Both the position numbers and the translations under genes were made by a program. From contig NZBZ01000001.1 of assembly GCA_002686365.1 (NCBI GenBank), forward strand, positions 58,405 to 122,404: a DNA stretch of 64,000 bases. Direction: 5' to 3'. Positions 39,053 to 48,566 of this stretch are shown in pieces. The notes under the pieces are model-generated. The model was not told the origin of the DNA. It did no database searches and saw only the letters and a program-made list of their open reading frames with translations. Within the stretch, counting starts at the first letter, position 1, and every line of letters begins with the position of its first letter. This DNA is from a bacterium (GTDB lineage Bacteria; Patescibacteriota; Minisyncoccia; UBA6257; GWB1-50-10).

Positions 39053-39057
39053 GAACT

Positions 39058-39825
39058 TTACCAAGGTGTAAGGTCTAGAGGACCTCGTTCAGTTATAGCA
39101 ATAGTTTTTTCAAAATGTGCAGTAAGAGAGTTATCTTTTACTACAAAGCTTCCATCTTCTTTTGCAAACACTTGTCCAGAGCCCATTGCTACCATTGGCT
39201 CAATTGCAATTACCATTCCTGATACGAGCTCCTCACCACTCCCCTTTTCTCCATTGTTTCGTACAGTAGGGGGTTCGTGCACATCAAATCCCACTCCGTG
39301 TCCTGTGAGTTTTTCTACAATTTCAAATCCCTGCTTTTTTACAGTAGTTTCTATAATATTGCCTATATCACCTGTGTAGTTACCTTGCTTGCATACCTTA
39401 ATAGCCCTTTTTAAGGCCTCATTTGTGGTTTTTAAGAGCTTTTTTGCCTCTTTCGATGTCTTTCCCACCCCTACAGTAATGGCTGCGTCTGTGAAGCGAT
39501 TTTTGTATTTTACTCCAATATCAATCTTCAAAATATCCCCATCTTTTAATTCCACATCATATGGAATGCCGTGGACTACAGTTTCATTTACTGATGCGCA
39601 GATTGCAGCTGGATACGGCGCTGAAGTCGGCTTTGGCTTATAGCCTAAAAACGCAGGCTCTGCTCCCTGCGCTTCAATTGTTTTCTTTGCGATTTTCTCA
39701 AGGTCAAGGAGTGAGACTCCTGGACGCACATGTTTTTTTACCTCCTTTAGAGTGCGGACTAGAATTTTTCCAGAGGCTTTTAAGAGCTGAATATCATCTT
39801 TTGATTTTAGGCCTGTTTCATTCAT
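39058..39825 (-). CDS. map: methionine aminopeptidase type I
   Basis: Pita-bread fold motifs: VVHGIP...DIG...HGVGFDVHEPP. Confidence 0.9.
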   Translation of the reverse strand: MNETGLKSKDDIQLLKASGKILVRTLKEVKKHVRPGVSLLDLEKIAKKTIEAQGAEPAFLGYKPKPTSAPYPAAICASVNETVVHGIPYDVELKDGDILKIDIGVKYKNRFTDAAITVGVGKTSKEAKKLLKTTNEALKRAIKVCKQGNYTGDIGNIIETTVKKQGFEIVEKLTGHGVGFDVHEPPTVRNNGEKGSGEELVSGMVIAIEPMVAMGSGQVFAKEDGSFVVKDNSLTAHFEKTIAITERGPLDLTPW

Positions 39826-40507
39826 TGAGCTTTAGGGCTTTTATGATAAGCTGAAAGACCTCGGGGGGCCTTGGACTGCCGTCGACTTCGAGAACATTAT
39901 ATCCCTCGTCTTTTAACTGGCTAATCATTGGAAATGTCCGCTCATTATATTCCCTAATTCGTTCTTTAATAACTTTTGGAGTATCTAATGCTCCCCGTTT
40001 TCTTGGTTTTCCTCCTAATTCTTTGCATCTTTCCATGTCTTTTTTTGTAAGAATTGGAAAACCGTCAACTGAACAGACAACACGCTTTGAATTTCTTTCT
40101 AAAGTTGTTTTTTCATCAATATTAATCCTTACAAAATATACATTCTCTTTTCCGTATAAATCTGCCATTGTTTTGGCAAGTCCTGTCTCTTTTTCATCTC
40201 CAAATGTTTCATAAAGTGTGCGTGGAGATCCGCTAAGTACCAGCCCCTTATTCTGTTTGGCGATTTTTTCTACCTGTTCTCTGGCCTGCCCTAATATCCA
40301 GGAAGGCGTTGTCAGCATTCCTGTTTCAAAGTTTGTCTGCTCGCGTTTTAGGATCGGGTCTTTTTCCGCCTCTTTAGAATGAAGAAGTTTTTCTAAATAT
40401 TTTCCTGTATCAAAATGGATGAGATCAAAATGTTTCGCGAGAAGTTCTGCCTGCGTTCCCTTTCCGGCTCCTGGAGCAGAAATTGTAAGAGAAATTGCTA
40501 TATGCAT
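39818..40507 (-). CDS. adk: adenylate kinase
   Basis: P-loop SAPGAGKGTQAELLAKHF, in secY-adk-map order. Confidence 0.85.
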   Translation of the reverse strand: MHIAISLTISAPGAGKGTQAELLAKHFDLIHFDTGKYLEKLLHSKEAEKDPILKREQTNFETGMLTTPSWILGQAREQVEKIAKQNKGLVLSGSPRTLYETFGDEKETGLAKTMADLYGKENVYFVRINIDEKTTLERNSKRVVCSVDGFPILTKKDMERCKELGGKPRKRGALDTPKVIKERIREYNERTFPMISQLKDEGYNVLEVDGSPRPPEVFQLIIKALKLNE

Positions 40508-40518
40508 TACTTATGTAT

Positions 40519-41787
40519 TTATACATTCTCGTACTCCCTCATATCGAGCTGAGATTCGAGCTGCTTCATGATTTCTATTGCTACTGCCACGATGATGAGG
40601 AGGGCGGTTCCTCCGAGTGTTAAAGTTGTAATGCCTGTTATTCCCTGAGTTATATTTGGAAGAACTGCTATGATTCCTAAGAATAATGCTCCGAACAATG
40701 TGATTCTATAGACCACTCTTGATATAAATTCTTTTGTATTGTCTCCGGGGCGTATGCCTGGAATAAATCCGCCGTTTCTCTGCAGATTTTTTGATATTTC
40801 TCCCGGGTCAAATGTGATAGCAGTATAGAAGAAGGTGAATGCTACTACTAGGATAAAGTAAAGGATGCTGAATATAAGAAGATTGCCCGCTACTCCCTGC
40901 ACAAATCCGTTTACTTGCGCTGCAAGGTCTGGAGAGATGATGGCAAGAGTTTGCGCAAGAAATTGCGGGAAAAGAAGCACAGAGAGAGCAAAGATGATTG
41001 GTATTACTCCTGCCTGGTTTACCCGCAGGGGAAGATAGGTTGCTACTCCGCCATACATCTTGTTTCCCCTTACATGCTTTGCGTATGATACGGGAATTTT
41101 TCTTTCTCCTTCAGTTATAAATACAACTCCTGCAATTACGATAATGCTGAGTACTGCGAAGGCAATATATGTTGGCAGAACGCCTGGGTTGTAGTTTAAA
41201 AGGTTTGAATAGATGATTTGCGGAAGTCCGCTTACGATTCCCGCAAAGATGATGAGAGAAATACCATTTCCTATTTTGTATTCGGAGATAAGTTCTCCTA
41301 TCCACATAACAAGAATACTGCCCGCAGTAATTACCACTACATTTGCAAGAATTGCCGGGAAGGTCATCCTTGCTATTGCGCCTTGGGAAACCAGAAGATT
41401 TAGAAATCCATATGCCTGAAGCATTGCGAGCGGAACCGTGAGATACCTTGAGTATCTGTTGAACTTTGCCTTACCTTCAGCTCCCTCTTCGTGGTATGCC
41501 TTTTTGAGCTTTGGAAAGATAATAGTAAGAAGCTGCATGATAATGCTTGAGGTGATATATGGCCCTACTCCAAGCATGACGATTGAAAGGCCGGAAAGCC
41601 CTCCTCCTGTGAAGACGTTTAAAAAGCCAAAGAGCTGGTTTGATTCGAAAAATGCCTGAAGCTGGACTGTATCTATTCCCGGGATTGGGACTGCTGCGAG
41701 AACTCTAAACGCGACAAGAAGAAGCCCTACTGCGAATATCTTTTTTCGAAGGTCTGGGATTTTAAATACTTGAAGGAATTTGTTCAT
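40519..41787 (-). CDS. secY: preprotein translocase subunit SecY
   Basis: 10-TM SecY architecture, following rplO. Confidence 0.9.
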   Translation of the reverse strand: MNKFLQVFKIPDLRKKIFAVGLLLVAFRVLAAVPIPGIDTVQLQAFFESNQLFGFLNVFTGGGLSGLSIVMLGVGPYITSSIIMQLLTIIFPKLKKAYHEEGAEGKAKFNRYSRYLTVPLAMLQAYGFLNLLVSQGAIARMTFPAILANVVVITAGSILVMWIGELISEYKIGNGISLIIFAGIVSGLPQIIYSNLLNYNPGVLPTYIAFAVLSIIVIAGVVFITEGERKIPVSYAKHVRGNKMYGGVATYLPLRVNQAGVIPIIFALSVLLFPQFLAQTLAIISPDLAAQVNGFVQGVAGNLLIFSILYFILVVAFTFFYTAITFDPGEISKNLQRNGGFIPGIRPGDNTKEFISRVVYRITLFGALFLGIIAVLPNITQGITGITTLTLGGTALLIIVAVAIEIMKQLESQLDMREYENV

Positions 41788-42320
41788 TTCGTTTTTTTAC
41801 GAGGCGTGGACTTTTTTTTCGCTGTTGCTGTCTTTTTTGTCTTTACGGGTTTTTTTGGACTTCTTGCTACAATCTTTTTAGAAACCTTGGTTTTTTCTTT
41901 TTTTTCTTCACTCACTATTTTGCCGTGAGCTTTTTTAATTTTTGCTTCAGCAGACTTTGAGACTTTTATTCCTACTACTGTGAATGCTTTTTTAATTTCT
42001 CCATTACCTAGGATTTTGATTTCTTTCTTTTTGTCTTTAGGTCTTTTTATAACTGAATCTCTTGTAATTATCCCTTCTTTCGCATACTTTTCCAAATCAC
42101 TTACATCTATTCTAATTACTTTTTTTGCCGGCTTGTTTTTTAAGCCGCGAAGCTTTGGAATCTTATAGACAACTTCCATTGATGATTTTGGAAGCTTTCT
42201 GCCAGCGTGCGCCTTTTGACCCTTTTGTCCTCTGCCTGAATAAGCGCCTCGTTTTCCTCCGCGCCCTATTCGCTTCCTCCTCTTTTTCTTTATAGTTGGT
42301 TGTAAATTATGAATTTGCAT
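41784..42320 (-). CDS. rplO: 50S ribosomal protein L15 with Lys-rich tail
   Basis: ...RIGRGGKRGAYSGRGQKGQKAHAG. Confidence 0.85.
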   Translation of the reverse strand: MQIHNLQPTIKKKRRKRIGRGGKRGAYSGRGQKGQKAHAGRKLPKSSMEVVYKIPKLRGLKNKPAKKVIRIDVSDLEKYAKEGIITRDSVIKRPKDKKKEIKILGNGEIKKAFTVVGIKVSKSAEAKIKKAHGKIVSEEKKEKTKVSKKIVARSPKKPVKTKKTATAKKKSTPRKKTK

Positions 42321-42367
42321 AGGATCAGCTTATACCTGCCTGCCGGTAGGCAGGGCAGGCAGGGCTT

Positions 42368-42925
42368 TTAGCTTTTACCTTTCTGCGCAGGCAGGGCTTC
42401 ATTAGCTTTCTTTTTTGGGGCCTCTTCTTTCTTTACTTGTTTTTTGATTGGCTTTAGCTTTTTCAATGCTTCGATTGTGGCCATTGCGTTTGTAAGTTTG
42501 TTTGTTGTGCGTCCAAGCATCTTTGCAGAGATATCTTTTACTCCTGCAAGGTCTAGAACTATTCGAGATGACCCTCCTGCAATAAGTCCGTGTCCTTTTC
42601 GGGTCGGCTTTAGACGTACTTTTGAAGCAGCATACTTTGCCTCCACATCATATGGAATTGTTCTTTCTTCTTTGAGCGGTACTACGAATATGTTTTTTTC
42701 CGCTACCTTCTTTGCTTTTTCAATGGAAAGCGGGACGTCAAGGCCTTTTGCAATCCCTACGCCAACCTTACCTCTTTTATTTCCAAGTACTACTGTTGCG
42801 CGGAAGCTGAATCGCTTTCCGCCCTTTACTACTCGGCTTACTCTTCGTATTTCTATGACCTTGTCGTCATACTCACTCTGCCTTTTCTGATAGGGCGCTC
42901 TTCCTCTGTGTTGTTGTGGTTTCAT
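42368..42925 (-). CDS. rpsE: 30S ribosomal protein S5
   Basis: VSRVVKGGKRFSFRATVVLGNKRGKVGVGIAKG. Confidence 0.9.
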   Translation of the reverse strand: MKPQQHRGRAPYQKRQSEYDDKVIEIRRVSRVVKGGKRFSFRATVVLGNKRGKVGVGIAKGLDVPLSIEKAKKVAEKNIFVVPLKEERTIPYDVEAKYAASKVRLKPTRKGHGLIAGGSSRIVLDLAGVKDISAKMLGRTTNKLTNAMATIEALKKLKPIKKQVKKEEAPKKKANEALPAQKGKS

Positions 42926-42926
42926 A

Positions 42927-43286
42927 TTAAAATTCTAATCCTCCTTCGCGAGCGCCTTCTGCGAGCGCTTTTACCCGACCATGGTAAGCATATTTTCCTC
43001 TATCAAGAACTACTTTCTTTATCTTTTCTTTCTTTGCTTTTTCCGCGATTATTTCTCCTACTTTTTTTGCAAGTTCGGCTTTTGTCCCTTTTTCTTTTAG
43101 TCCTCGTGAGGATGCTGAAAGAAGTGTCTTCTGCTTTTTGTCGTCTATAAGCTGAACTTCTATATATTTGTTACTTCTTTGTATTGAAAGTCGGGGACGT
43201 GCTGATGTCCTTTTGATTCGCACTTTTGTGTGCGTTTTTCTTTTTCTTAGGTCTCGTGTTTTATTTTTTCTTTTTTGGATATTCAT
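42927..43286 (-). CDS. rplR: 50S ribosomal protein L18
   Basis: L18 family, ...[20 protein letters not shown]. Confidence 0.85.
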   Translation of the reverse strand: MNIQKRKNKTRDLRKRKTHTKVRIKRTSARPRLSIQRSNKYIEVQLIDDKKQKTLLSASSRGLKEKGTKAELAKKVGEIIAEKAKKEKIKKVVLDRGKYAYHGRVKALAEGAREGGLEF

Positions 43287-43331
43287 GGTTTAAGATATAG
43301 GACTTAGGATATAGGATTTAGAAAGCTGCAT

Positions 43332-43886
43332 TTACTCAGCGGCGGTTACTGCTTTCTTTCCTGCTTTTCTTCTTATAACTTCGTCTTCATATCTAAATCC
43401 CTTTCCTTTATACGGCTCTGGTTTTTTTAGCGCCCTAATTTTTGCTGCTGTCTGCCCTACCAGTTCTTTGTCTATCCCTTTTATTTTTAGTATAGAATTT
43501 TTTTCCACTTCAAATTCTATTTTGTCTGGCGTATCCACTTTTACAGGGTGAGAAAATCCAAGAGCAAGGGTTAATGCCTCTCCTTCTTTTGTTATACGAA
43601 ATCCTACTCCTTCGAGTATAAGTGTTTTTTCAAATCCTTCTATTGTGCCGATTACTGCATTCTGTATAAGAGATCGAGCAGTTCCCCAGTTGCTTTGCGT
43701 CTGCTTCTTTTCATCTTTTGCAGAAAACATAACTTTTCCATCTGCTATTTCTACTTTTATTCCATCTTGTACTGGCACCTCTAACTCCCCGAGCGGGCCT
43801 TTTACGGTTATCGTATTTTCTTTCTCATCGTGCGTTACTTCTGCTTTTTCCGGAATGAGTATTGGTTTTTTTCCAATCTTTGACAT
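43332..43886 (-). CDS. rplF: 50S ribosomal protein L6
   Basis: MSKIGKKPILIP...TVKGPLGEL. Confidence 0.9.
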   Translation of the reverse strand: MSKIGKKPILIPEKAEVTHDEKENTITVKGPLGELEVPVQDGIKVEIADGKVMFSAKDEKKQTQSNWGTARSLIQNAVIGTIEGFEKTLILEGVGFRITKEGEALTLALGFSHPVKVDTPDKIEFEVEKNSILKIKGIDKELVGQTAAKIRALKKPEPYKGKGFRYEDEVIRRKAGKKAVTAAE

Positions 43887-43895
43887 GGTTTTGAT

Positions 43896-44267
43896 TTACC
43901 AGATTTTAAAGAGAAGTTCTCCGCCGACCTTCTCTCTTTTTGCTTCAACAGCAGTCATTATTCCTTTTGGCGTTGAGACGATAAGCGTTCCGTGTCCTCC
44001 CTTGACGCTTCTCAACTCTTTGTATCCTGCGTATTGATGTACAGATGGCTTTGAAATAAATTCACACGCCTCTATATCTCTATTTCCCCGAAGGTTTATA
44101 AAGATGAACCGTTTTGACGGCCTTCCTTTTATTTCTGTGCTCTCTATAAATTCCTGTCGTACGAGTATATCAGCAATCGTTTTATCGATTCTGCTGAATC
44201 TTGTTTTCAGCACTTTTTTCCCTACGGCTTGGGCATTTTTAATTTTGGTTAGTAAATCTATATACAT
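43896..44267 (-). CDS. rpsH: 30S ribosomal protein S8
   Basis: DLLTKIKNAQ...GGHGTLIVSTPKGIMT. Confidence 0.9.
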   Translation of the reverse strand: MYIDLLTKIKNAQAVGKKVLKTRFSRIDKTIADILVRQEFIESTEIKGRPSKRFIFINLRGNRDIEACEFISKPSVHQYAGYKELRSVKGGHGTLIVSTPKGIMTAVEAKREKVGGELLFKIW

Positions 44268-44280
44268 AATGTTGTTGACT

Positions 44281-44466
44281 TTACCATGAGGACTTTCTTA
44301 TTCCGGGAAGTTCTCCCTTGCTTGCCAGTTCTCTAAAACAAATTCTGCAGAGATTGAAATCCCGCATATATCCTCTTTTCCTTCCGCACTTAAAACAGCG
44401 CCTCACCTCTCGAGTTTTGTGCTTTGGTTTTTTTTGCGCTCTTGCTTTTGTTGATGTTTTTGCCAT
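44281..44466 (-). CDS. rpsZ: 30S ribosomal protein S14 type Z (zinc-binding)
   Basis: 61 aa with CFKCGR...CRIC. Confidence 0.9.
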   Translation of the reverse strand: MAKTSTKARAQKKPKHKTREVRRCFKCGRKRGYMRDFNLCRICFRELASKGELPGIRKSSW

Positions 44467-44493
44467 ATCGATAGCTTTTAGCTTATAGCTTCA

Positions 44494-45009
44494 TTAGCTT
44501 TTAGCTTTTGTCTTTTTCTTTTCTTCTTTGGCTTTCAAGGGTACTCTAATTTCCTTGTAGAAATCAAGCATTTTGTCCCTGTCTTTGGTTTTTGATACTG
44601 CGGTTATCTGCATCCCAAAGTTTACTTTTGATGTGTTCGGGTCGATTTCCGGAAATACAAGCTGATCTTTTAGTCCAATGTTTAGATTTCCTGCCTTATC
44701 TACGTTTTTTCTTGAAAGTCCACGGAAATCTTTTACACGAGGAAGAACAACGTGAATAAGCCTTTTTAAAAAGTCATCCATCTTGTTTCTTCGGAGGGTT
44801 ATCTTTATCCCTATGGTATCTCCAACCCTTGTTTTGAATCCGGCAATCGATTTTTTTGCGGGCATGTGTATTGGTCTCTGCCCTGTGATTGCCGCAAGTT
44901 CTTTTGTAATTTCCGGAAGGGTCTTGTCTTTGAAATTTGCCCCCTGACTTTGTCGGCCAACTCCTGCGTTTATTACCACTTTTTCAATTTTTTCTCGTAT
45001 CTTTTCCAT
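44494..45009 (-). CDS. rplE: 50S ribosomal protein L5
   Basis: L5 family, ...VVINAGVG...LPEITKELAAITGQRP. Confidence 0.9.
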   Translation of the reverse strand: MEKIREKIEKVVINAGVGRQSQGANFKDKTLPEITKELAAITGQRPIHMPAKKSIAGFKTRVGDTIGIKITLRRNKMDDFLKRLIHVVLPRVKDFRGLSRKNVDKAGNLNIGLKDQLVFPEIDPNTSKVNFGMQITAVSKTKDRDKMLDFYKEIRVPLKAKEEKKKTKAKS

Positions 45010-45014
45010 GAAAA

Positions 45015-45293
45015 TTACTTACCAGCTTTAGTCTTTTTTATCTTTTGTTTTTTACTTGCAGTTTTTTTATCTCCACGAACTCTTTTTATATTTGAGACGT
45101 GGATTGAGGCAGTAAATTCTACGACTTCCCCCTTTTCTCCTTCTTTCTTTGGCCGTACATGTTTTTTATATATATTCGCGCCTTCAACAATTACCCTGTC
45201 TTTTTTAGACAGTATTTTCATAACCTTTCCGGTTTTTCCTTTATCCTTTCCCGTTAATATTTTTACTGTGTTTCCTTTTTTAATATGCATAGA
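45015..45293 (-). CDS. rplX: 50S ribosomal protein L24
   Basis: KOW motif KGNTVKILTGKDKGKTGKV. The start was trimmed to the internal Met to remove overlap with rplN. Confidence 0.8.
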   Translation of the reverse strand, partial: SMHIKKGNTVKILTGKDKGKTGKVMKILSKKDRVIVEGANIYKKHVRPKKEGEKGEVVEFTASIHVSNIKRVRGDKKTASKKQKIKKTKAGK

Positions 45294-45294
45294 T

Positions 45295-45660
45295 TTATAC
45301 AAGATCTTTTGCCAAAGATGCGATTGCGTCGAATCCTTTTTCTTTAACCTCTCTTGGAATGGGCCCGAATACTCTTGTTCCGCGAGGATTTTTTCCATCA
45401 ACTAGTACTGCTGCGTTTTCATCAAATCGAATGTATGATCCGTCTCTCCTTTTTGTTTCTTTTCTTGTACGCACTACAAGCGCTTTTACAATATCTTTCT
45501 TTTTCACCTGCTTTCTTGGCTCTGCAGTCTGAACTGAAGCCACAAGAACATCTCCAATTCTGGCATATCTTCGCCTTGTTCCTCCAAGAATTCTAAAGCA
45601 ACGCACTTTTTTTGCGCCTGAGTTGTCCGCTACTTTTAAAATTGTTCCTTCTTGAATCAT
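45295..45660 (-). CDS. rplN: 50S ribosomal protein L14
   Basis: [19 protein letters not shown]. Confidence 0.9.
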   Translation of the reverse strand: MIQEGTILKVADNSGAKKVRCFRILGGTRRRYARIGDVLVASVQTAEPRKQVKKKDIVKALVVRTRKETKRRDGSYIRFDENAAVLVDGKNPRGTRVFGPIPREVKEKGFDAIASLAKDLV

Positions 45661-45664
45661 GTTA

Positions 45665-45967
45665 TTAGCTTATAGCTTCGTTAGCTTCACTAGCTTCATT
45701 AGCTTCGTTAGTTTCATTAGCTTCACTAGCTTTGTTTTCTTTTGTTTTCTCCACTATTTTCCACCTTTTGTCTTTACTTATTGGCCTTGTCTCTTCGATA
45801 ATCACCTCATCTCCTGTTTTGTACTCATTCTTTTCATCATGCGCCTTAAAACGCCTAGTTACCTTAATAAACTTCTTGTAGAGTGAGTGTTTTTTCAGTC
45901 TCGAGATTTCCACAACTCTCGTTTTTTCCATCTTATCGCTTACGATTGTACCTTTTAATTTTTTCAT
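45665..45967 (-). CDS. rpsQ: 30S ribosomal protein S17 with repetitive EANEA C-terminal tail
   Basis: [18 protein letters not shown] core. The tail [21 protein letters not shown] is encoded by the AGCTTC-repeat motif. Confidence 0.85.
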   Translation of the reverse strand: MKKLKGTIVSDKMEKTRVVEISRLKKHSLYKKFIKVTRRFKAHDEKNEYKTGDEVIIEETRPISKDKRWKIVEKTKENKASEANETNEANEASEANEAIS

Positions 45968-46096
45968 CCCTCACTCTTGGCGCATTGGGACGCCAAATTA
46001 ATACTTATTCTTTCGACTTGTGTGTTTCTTTGGTTCATTGTTTTGTTTTTGTCCCTTACCCTTACGCAGTTATGTGCCAAGAGTGTAGGGATTCAT
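45965..46096. mobile_element. MITE-like inverted-repeat element, copy 1
   Basis: Terminal inverted repeats CATCCCTCACTCTTGGCGCA ... TGTGCCAAGAGTGTAGGGAT, about 132 bp, intergenic between rpsQ and rpmC. Confidence 0.45.
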
Positions 46097-46100
46097 ATTA

Positions 46101-46337
46101 TTAAGACTTAGAATTTGATGTTTTTTCTCCTGCCTGCGCAGACAGGTCCTTTTCTGTTAAGACTGCGAGGAGCTGGGCGATTGATTTTTTTATATCTCGA
46201 ATTTCCCGAATATTTTTTACCTTTCCCATCGCAAGATCGTCACGAAGTCCGGCGAGCCTTTTTCTTTCTTCGCTCAATTCTTTTTTAATCTCTCCTTTTG
46301 TCTTTGTTTTGAATTCTTTCAGCTGTTTCTTTTTCAT
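46101..46337 (-). CDS. rpmC: 50S ribosomal protein L29
   Basis: 78 aa, helical, ELRDDLAMGKVKNIREIRDIKK. Confidence 0.8.
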   Translation of the reverse strand: MKKKQLKEFKTKTKGEIKKELSEERKRLAGLRDDLAMGKVKNIREIRDIKKSIAQLLAVLTEKDLSAQAGEKTSNSKS

Positions 46338-46437
46338 CCCTCACATAACCATACGCGTCTAAAATCTGTGCGCATGGCATTAAAATGTTCTCGACTACAA
46401 ATATATGGCTTTTGTTTTTTGTTATGTGAGGGATTCA
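46335..46437. mobile_element. MITE-like inverted-repeat element, copy 2
   Basis: Terminal inverted repeats ATCCCTCACATAAC ... GTTATGTGAGGGAT, about 103 bp, intergenic between rpmC and rplP. Confidence 0.45.
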
Positions 46438-46440
46438 TAC

Positions 46441-46854
46441 TTATTCTTTGGTAATAATTCGGGTTTTAATTGGCAGCTTATGACCTGCTTTTGTGAGCGC
46501 TTCTCTTGCCATCTCTTCTTCTACTCCATCTATTTCAAATAAAACTCGTCCCGGCCGCACTGATACAACGTGATGGTCTACATCTCCTTTTCCCCCTCCC
46601 ATTGTAACTTCAGGCGGGAACTTTGTTACCGGCTTATCAGGAAATACACGTATCCACACCTTTCCCTCTTTTTTTAGCGTGTGCGCAATTGTTTTTCGCA
46701 CAGCCTCTATCTGTCTGGCGGTTACCCATGAGGTCCCTAAAGCCTGGATGCCAATGCTTCCATGACTTAATGCAATTCCTCTGGTTTCTTTTGCTCTCTT
46801 TCGCGCTCTGCCCTTATGGCGCTTTCTAAATTTTTGTTTCTTTGGCTCTAACAT
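46441..46854 (-). CDS. rplP: 50S ribosomal protein L16
   Basis: MLEPKKQKFRKRHKGR... Confidence 0.9.
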   Translation of the reverse strand: MLEPKKQKFRKRHKGRARKRAKETRGIALSHGSIGIQALGTSWVTARQIEAVRKTIAHTLKKEGKVWIRVFPDKPVTKFPPEVTMGGGKGDVDHHVVSVRPGRVLFEIDGVEEEMAREALTKAGHKLPIKTRIITKE

Positions 46855-46916
46855 TGTTTTTCACTAATTGCACTAATGAGCACGAATATCACGAATTCGT
46901 ATTAGTGCCATTTGTG

Positions 46917-47597
46917 TTAATTTGTGTTATTGGTGTCGTCAAATATTTCTCCTTTATATATCCATACTTTTACACCAATAGTTCCATAGGAGTTGTATGA
47001 TGTTGTTTCTCCATAATCAATATTTGCCCGTAGAGTCTGAAGTGGCATCCTCCCGAATGCGAGCCACTCTCTTCTTGATATTTCTGCGCCGTTTAATCTC
47101 CCTGCAAGTTTAATCTTTGCCCCCTGCACTTCTCTATTTTGTTTTAGGAGATCGAGATGCCGCTTCATAATTCTTCTGTATGGAAGCCGTCGTTCTATAT
47201 CAAATGCTATCTGTCCAGCTACTACAGAGGCAGACATCTCAGTGCGTTTTAGCTCTTCAATATTTATGTTGAGCGCAAATTGTTCTGATGCGTTGTTTTT
47301 TCTTCGGAGCGCGTTCATCTCCTTTGCCAAAAAATTTTTAAGGTCTTCTATTCCCTTTCCTCCCCGCCCTATGATAAGGCCCGGACGGCTCGCTTTTACA
47401 GAAACTTTAACTTCTTTTCCGGTGCGTTCAATGCGAATCTCATCAATTCCTGCCTGCGCGATTTTTTCTTTTACAATTTCACGAATAAGATGGTCCTCTT
47501 CAATAAAGAATTTTTGAGACTTCTTAAAGAACCATCTGCTTTTCCAGGGCTTTGTGATTCCTAAACGTAGTGAGATTGGTTTTATTTTTTGGGCCAT
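46917..47597 (-). CDS. rpsC: 30S ribosomal protein S3
   Basis: KH plus S3-C domains. PISLRLGITKPWKSRWF. Confidence 0.9.
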   Translation of the reverse strand: MAQKIKPISLRLGITKPWKSRWFFKKSQKFFIEEDHLIREIVKEKIAQAGIDEIRIERTGKEVKVSVKASRPGLIIGRGGKGIEDLKNFLAKEMNALRRKNNASEQFALNINIEELKRTEMSASVVAGQIAFDIERRLPYRRIMKRHLDLLKQNREVQGAKIKLAGRLNGAEISRREWLAFGRMPLQTLRANIDYGETTSYNSYGTIGVKVWIYKGEIFDDTNNTN

Positions 47598-47662
47598 ACT
47601 TTTAGCTTATAGCTTTTTTAGCCTTAGGCTAATCCGCCTTTGGCGGAAGCTTCATTAGCTTC

Positions 47663-48211
47663 TTAGATTGATTTACGTCGGAAGAAGCGTTTTATTCCTC
47701 CGGATTTTTCCGGACCTTTTGTTTCCAGCTCTTTTTCTGCTCGTTTTGAATCCTTTTTCTCTGCCTGAATAGATAGGTCCTCTTCTTTCTTCTCAGTCTT
47801 TTTTCCTTTCTTTTCTGTTTTTTCTTCTTTCTTTTCTTTTTCTTTTTTTATAAATACGTACTTTGGCTGTGTAATCTTATCAGACTCTCCCAATACTACT
47901 GTAATGTGGCTGGTTTTTTTCTGAATTGAGCTTGCTGAACCTCGAGCCCTTGGAATCCAGCGCTTCAGCATTGGTCCATTGTCTACTTTTATTTCTTTGA
48001 TGTACAACTTTTCTTCATCTAACTCTCTATTTTTTGCGTTTGCCGCTGCGGAACGTAATAGCCTCAGGATAAATATACTTGCCCTCTTTGGAGAAACGGA
48101 AAGCTGGGCCTCTGCCTCTTTTACTGGAAGGCCCCGAATAAGATCAACAACGAGACGCGCTTTTCGTGGTGCGATTCGTTTGTGTCTTAATTTTGCTGTT
48201 ACTTCTTTCAT
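47663..48211 (-). CDS. rplV: 50S ribosomal protein L22 with KE-rich tail
   Basis: AKLRHKRIAPRKARLVVDLIRG. Confidence 0.85.
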   Translation of the reverse strand: MKEVTAKLRHKRIAPRKARLVVDLIRGLPVKEAEAQLSVSPKRASIFILRLLRSAAANAKNRELDEEKLYIKEIKVDNGPMLKRWIPRARGSASSIQKKTSHITVVLGESDKITQPKYVFIKKEKEKKEEKTEKKGKKTEKKEEDLSIQAEKKDSKRAEKELETKGPEKSGGIKRFFRRKSI

Positions 48212-48216
48212 GTTAT

Positions 48217-48555
48217 TTACTTTGCATTACGTTCAGGTGTTGGCTGTCCGGGAGCTGTTTGCGGAGCGCCTCCTTCTCTTTCCTGCTGCTCTAATTCTTT
48301 CTGTATTCTTCCTCCATGCCGTACGAACTTTCTTGTTATAGCAAATTCTCCCAAGCGATGTCCTATCATATCTTCTCCTACATTTACTTCAAGAAAATCT
48401 TTCCCATTATGGACTAAGAAGGTAAACCCAACCATTTCCGGAGAAATCTCTGATGCCCTAGACCATGTTTTGATAGGCGTGTTTTTACTTCCCTTTTCTA
48501 TCTTTTTCAAGAGTTTTGCATCTATATATGGGCCTTTTTTTAGACTTCGTGACAT
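48217..48555 (-). CDS. rpsS: 30S ribosomal protein S19
   Basis: [12 protein letters not shown]... The start was trimmed to the internal Met. The ORF track extends further upstream into rplB. Confidence 0.85.
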   Translation of the reverse strand: MSRSLKKGPYIDAKLLKKIEKGSKNTPIKTWSRASEISPEMVGFTFLVHNGKDFLEVNVGEDMIGHRLGEFAITRKFVRHGGRIQKELEQQEREGGAPQTAPGQPTPERNAK

Positions 48556-48566
48556 ATATTTAAGAC

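Noticed and set aside
38684-39379. 231-aa plus-strand ORF spanning the island 6/map junction
   Set aside because: It is antisense to the map gene for half its length and frame-overlaps the 37912-38895 ORF. It is a composition-driven chance ORF.
45661-45730. Tandem AGCTTCNTTAGCTTC repeats, considered as a possible CRISPR or minisatellite
   Set aside because: The repeats are irregular, too short and coding (the EANEA tail of S17). There are no spacers of constant length and no cas genes. No CRISPR array exists anywhere in the window.
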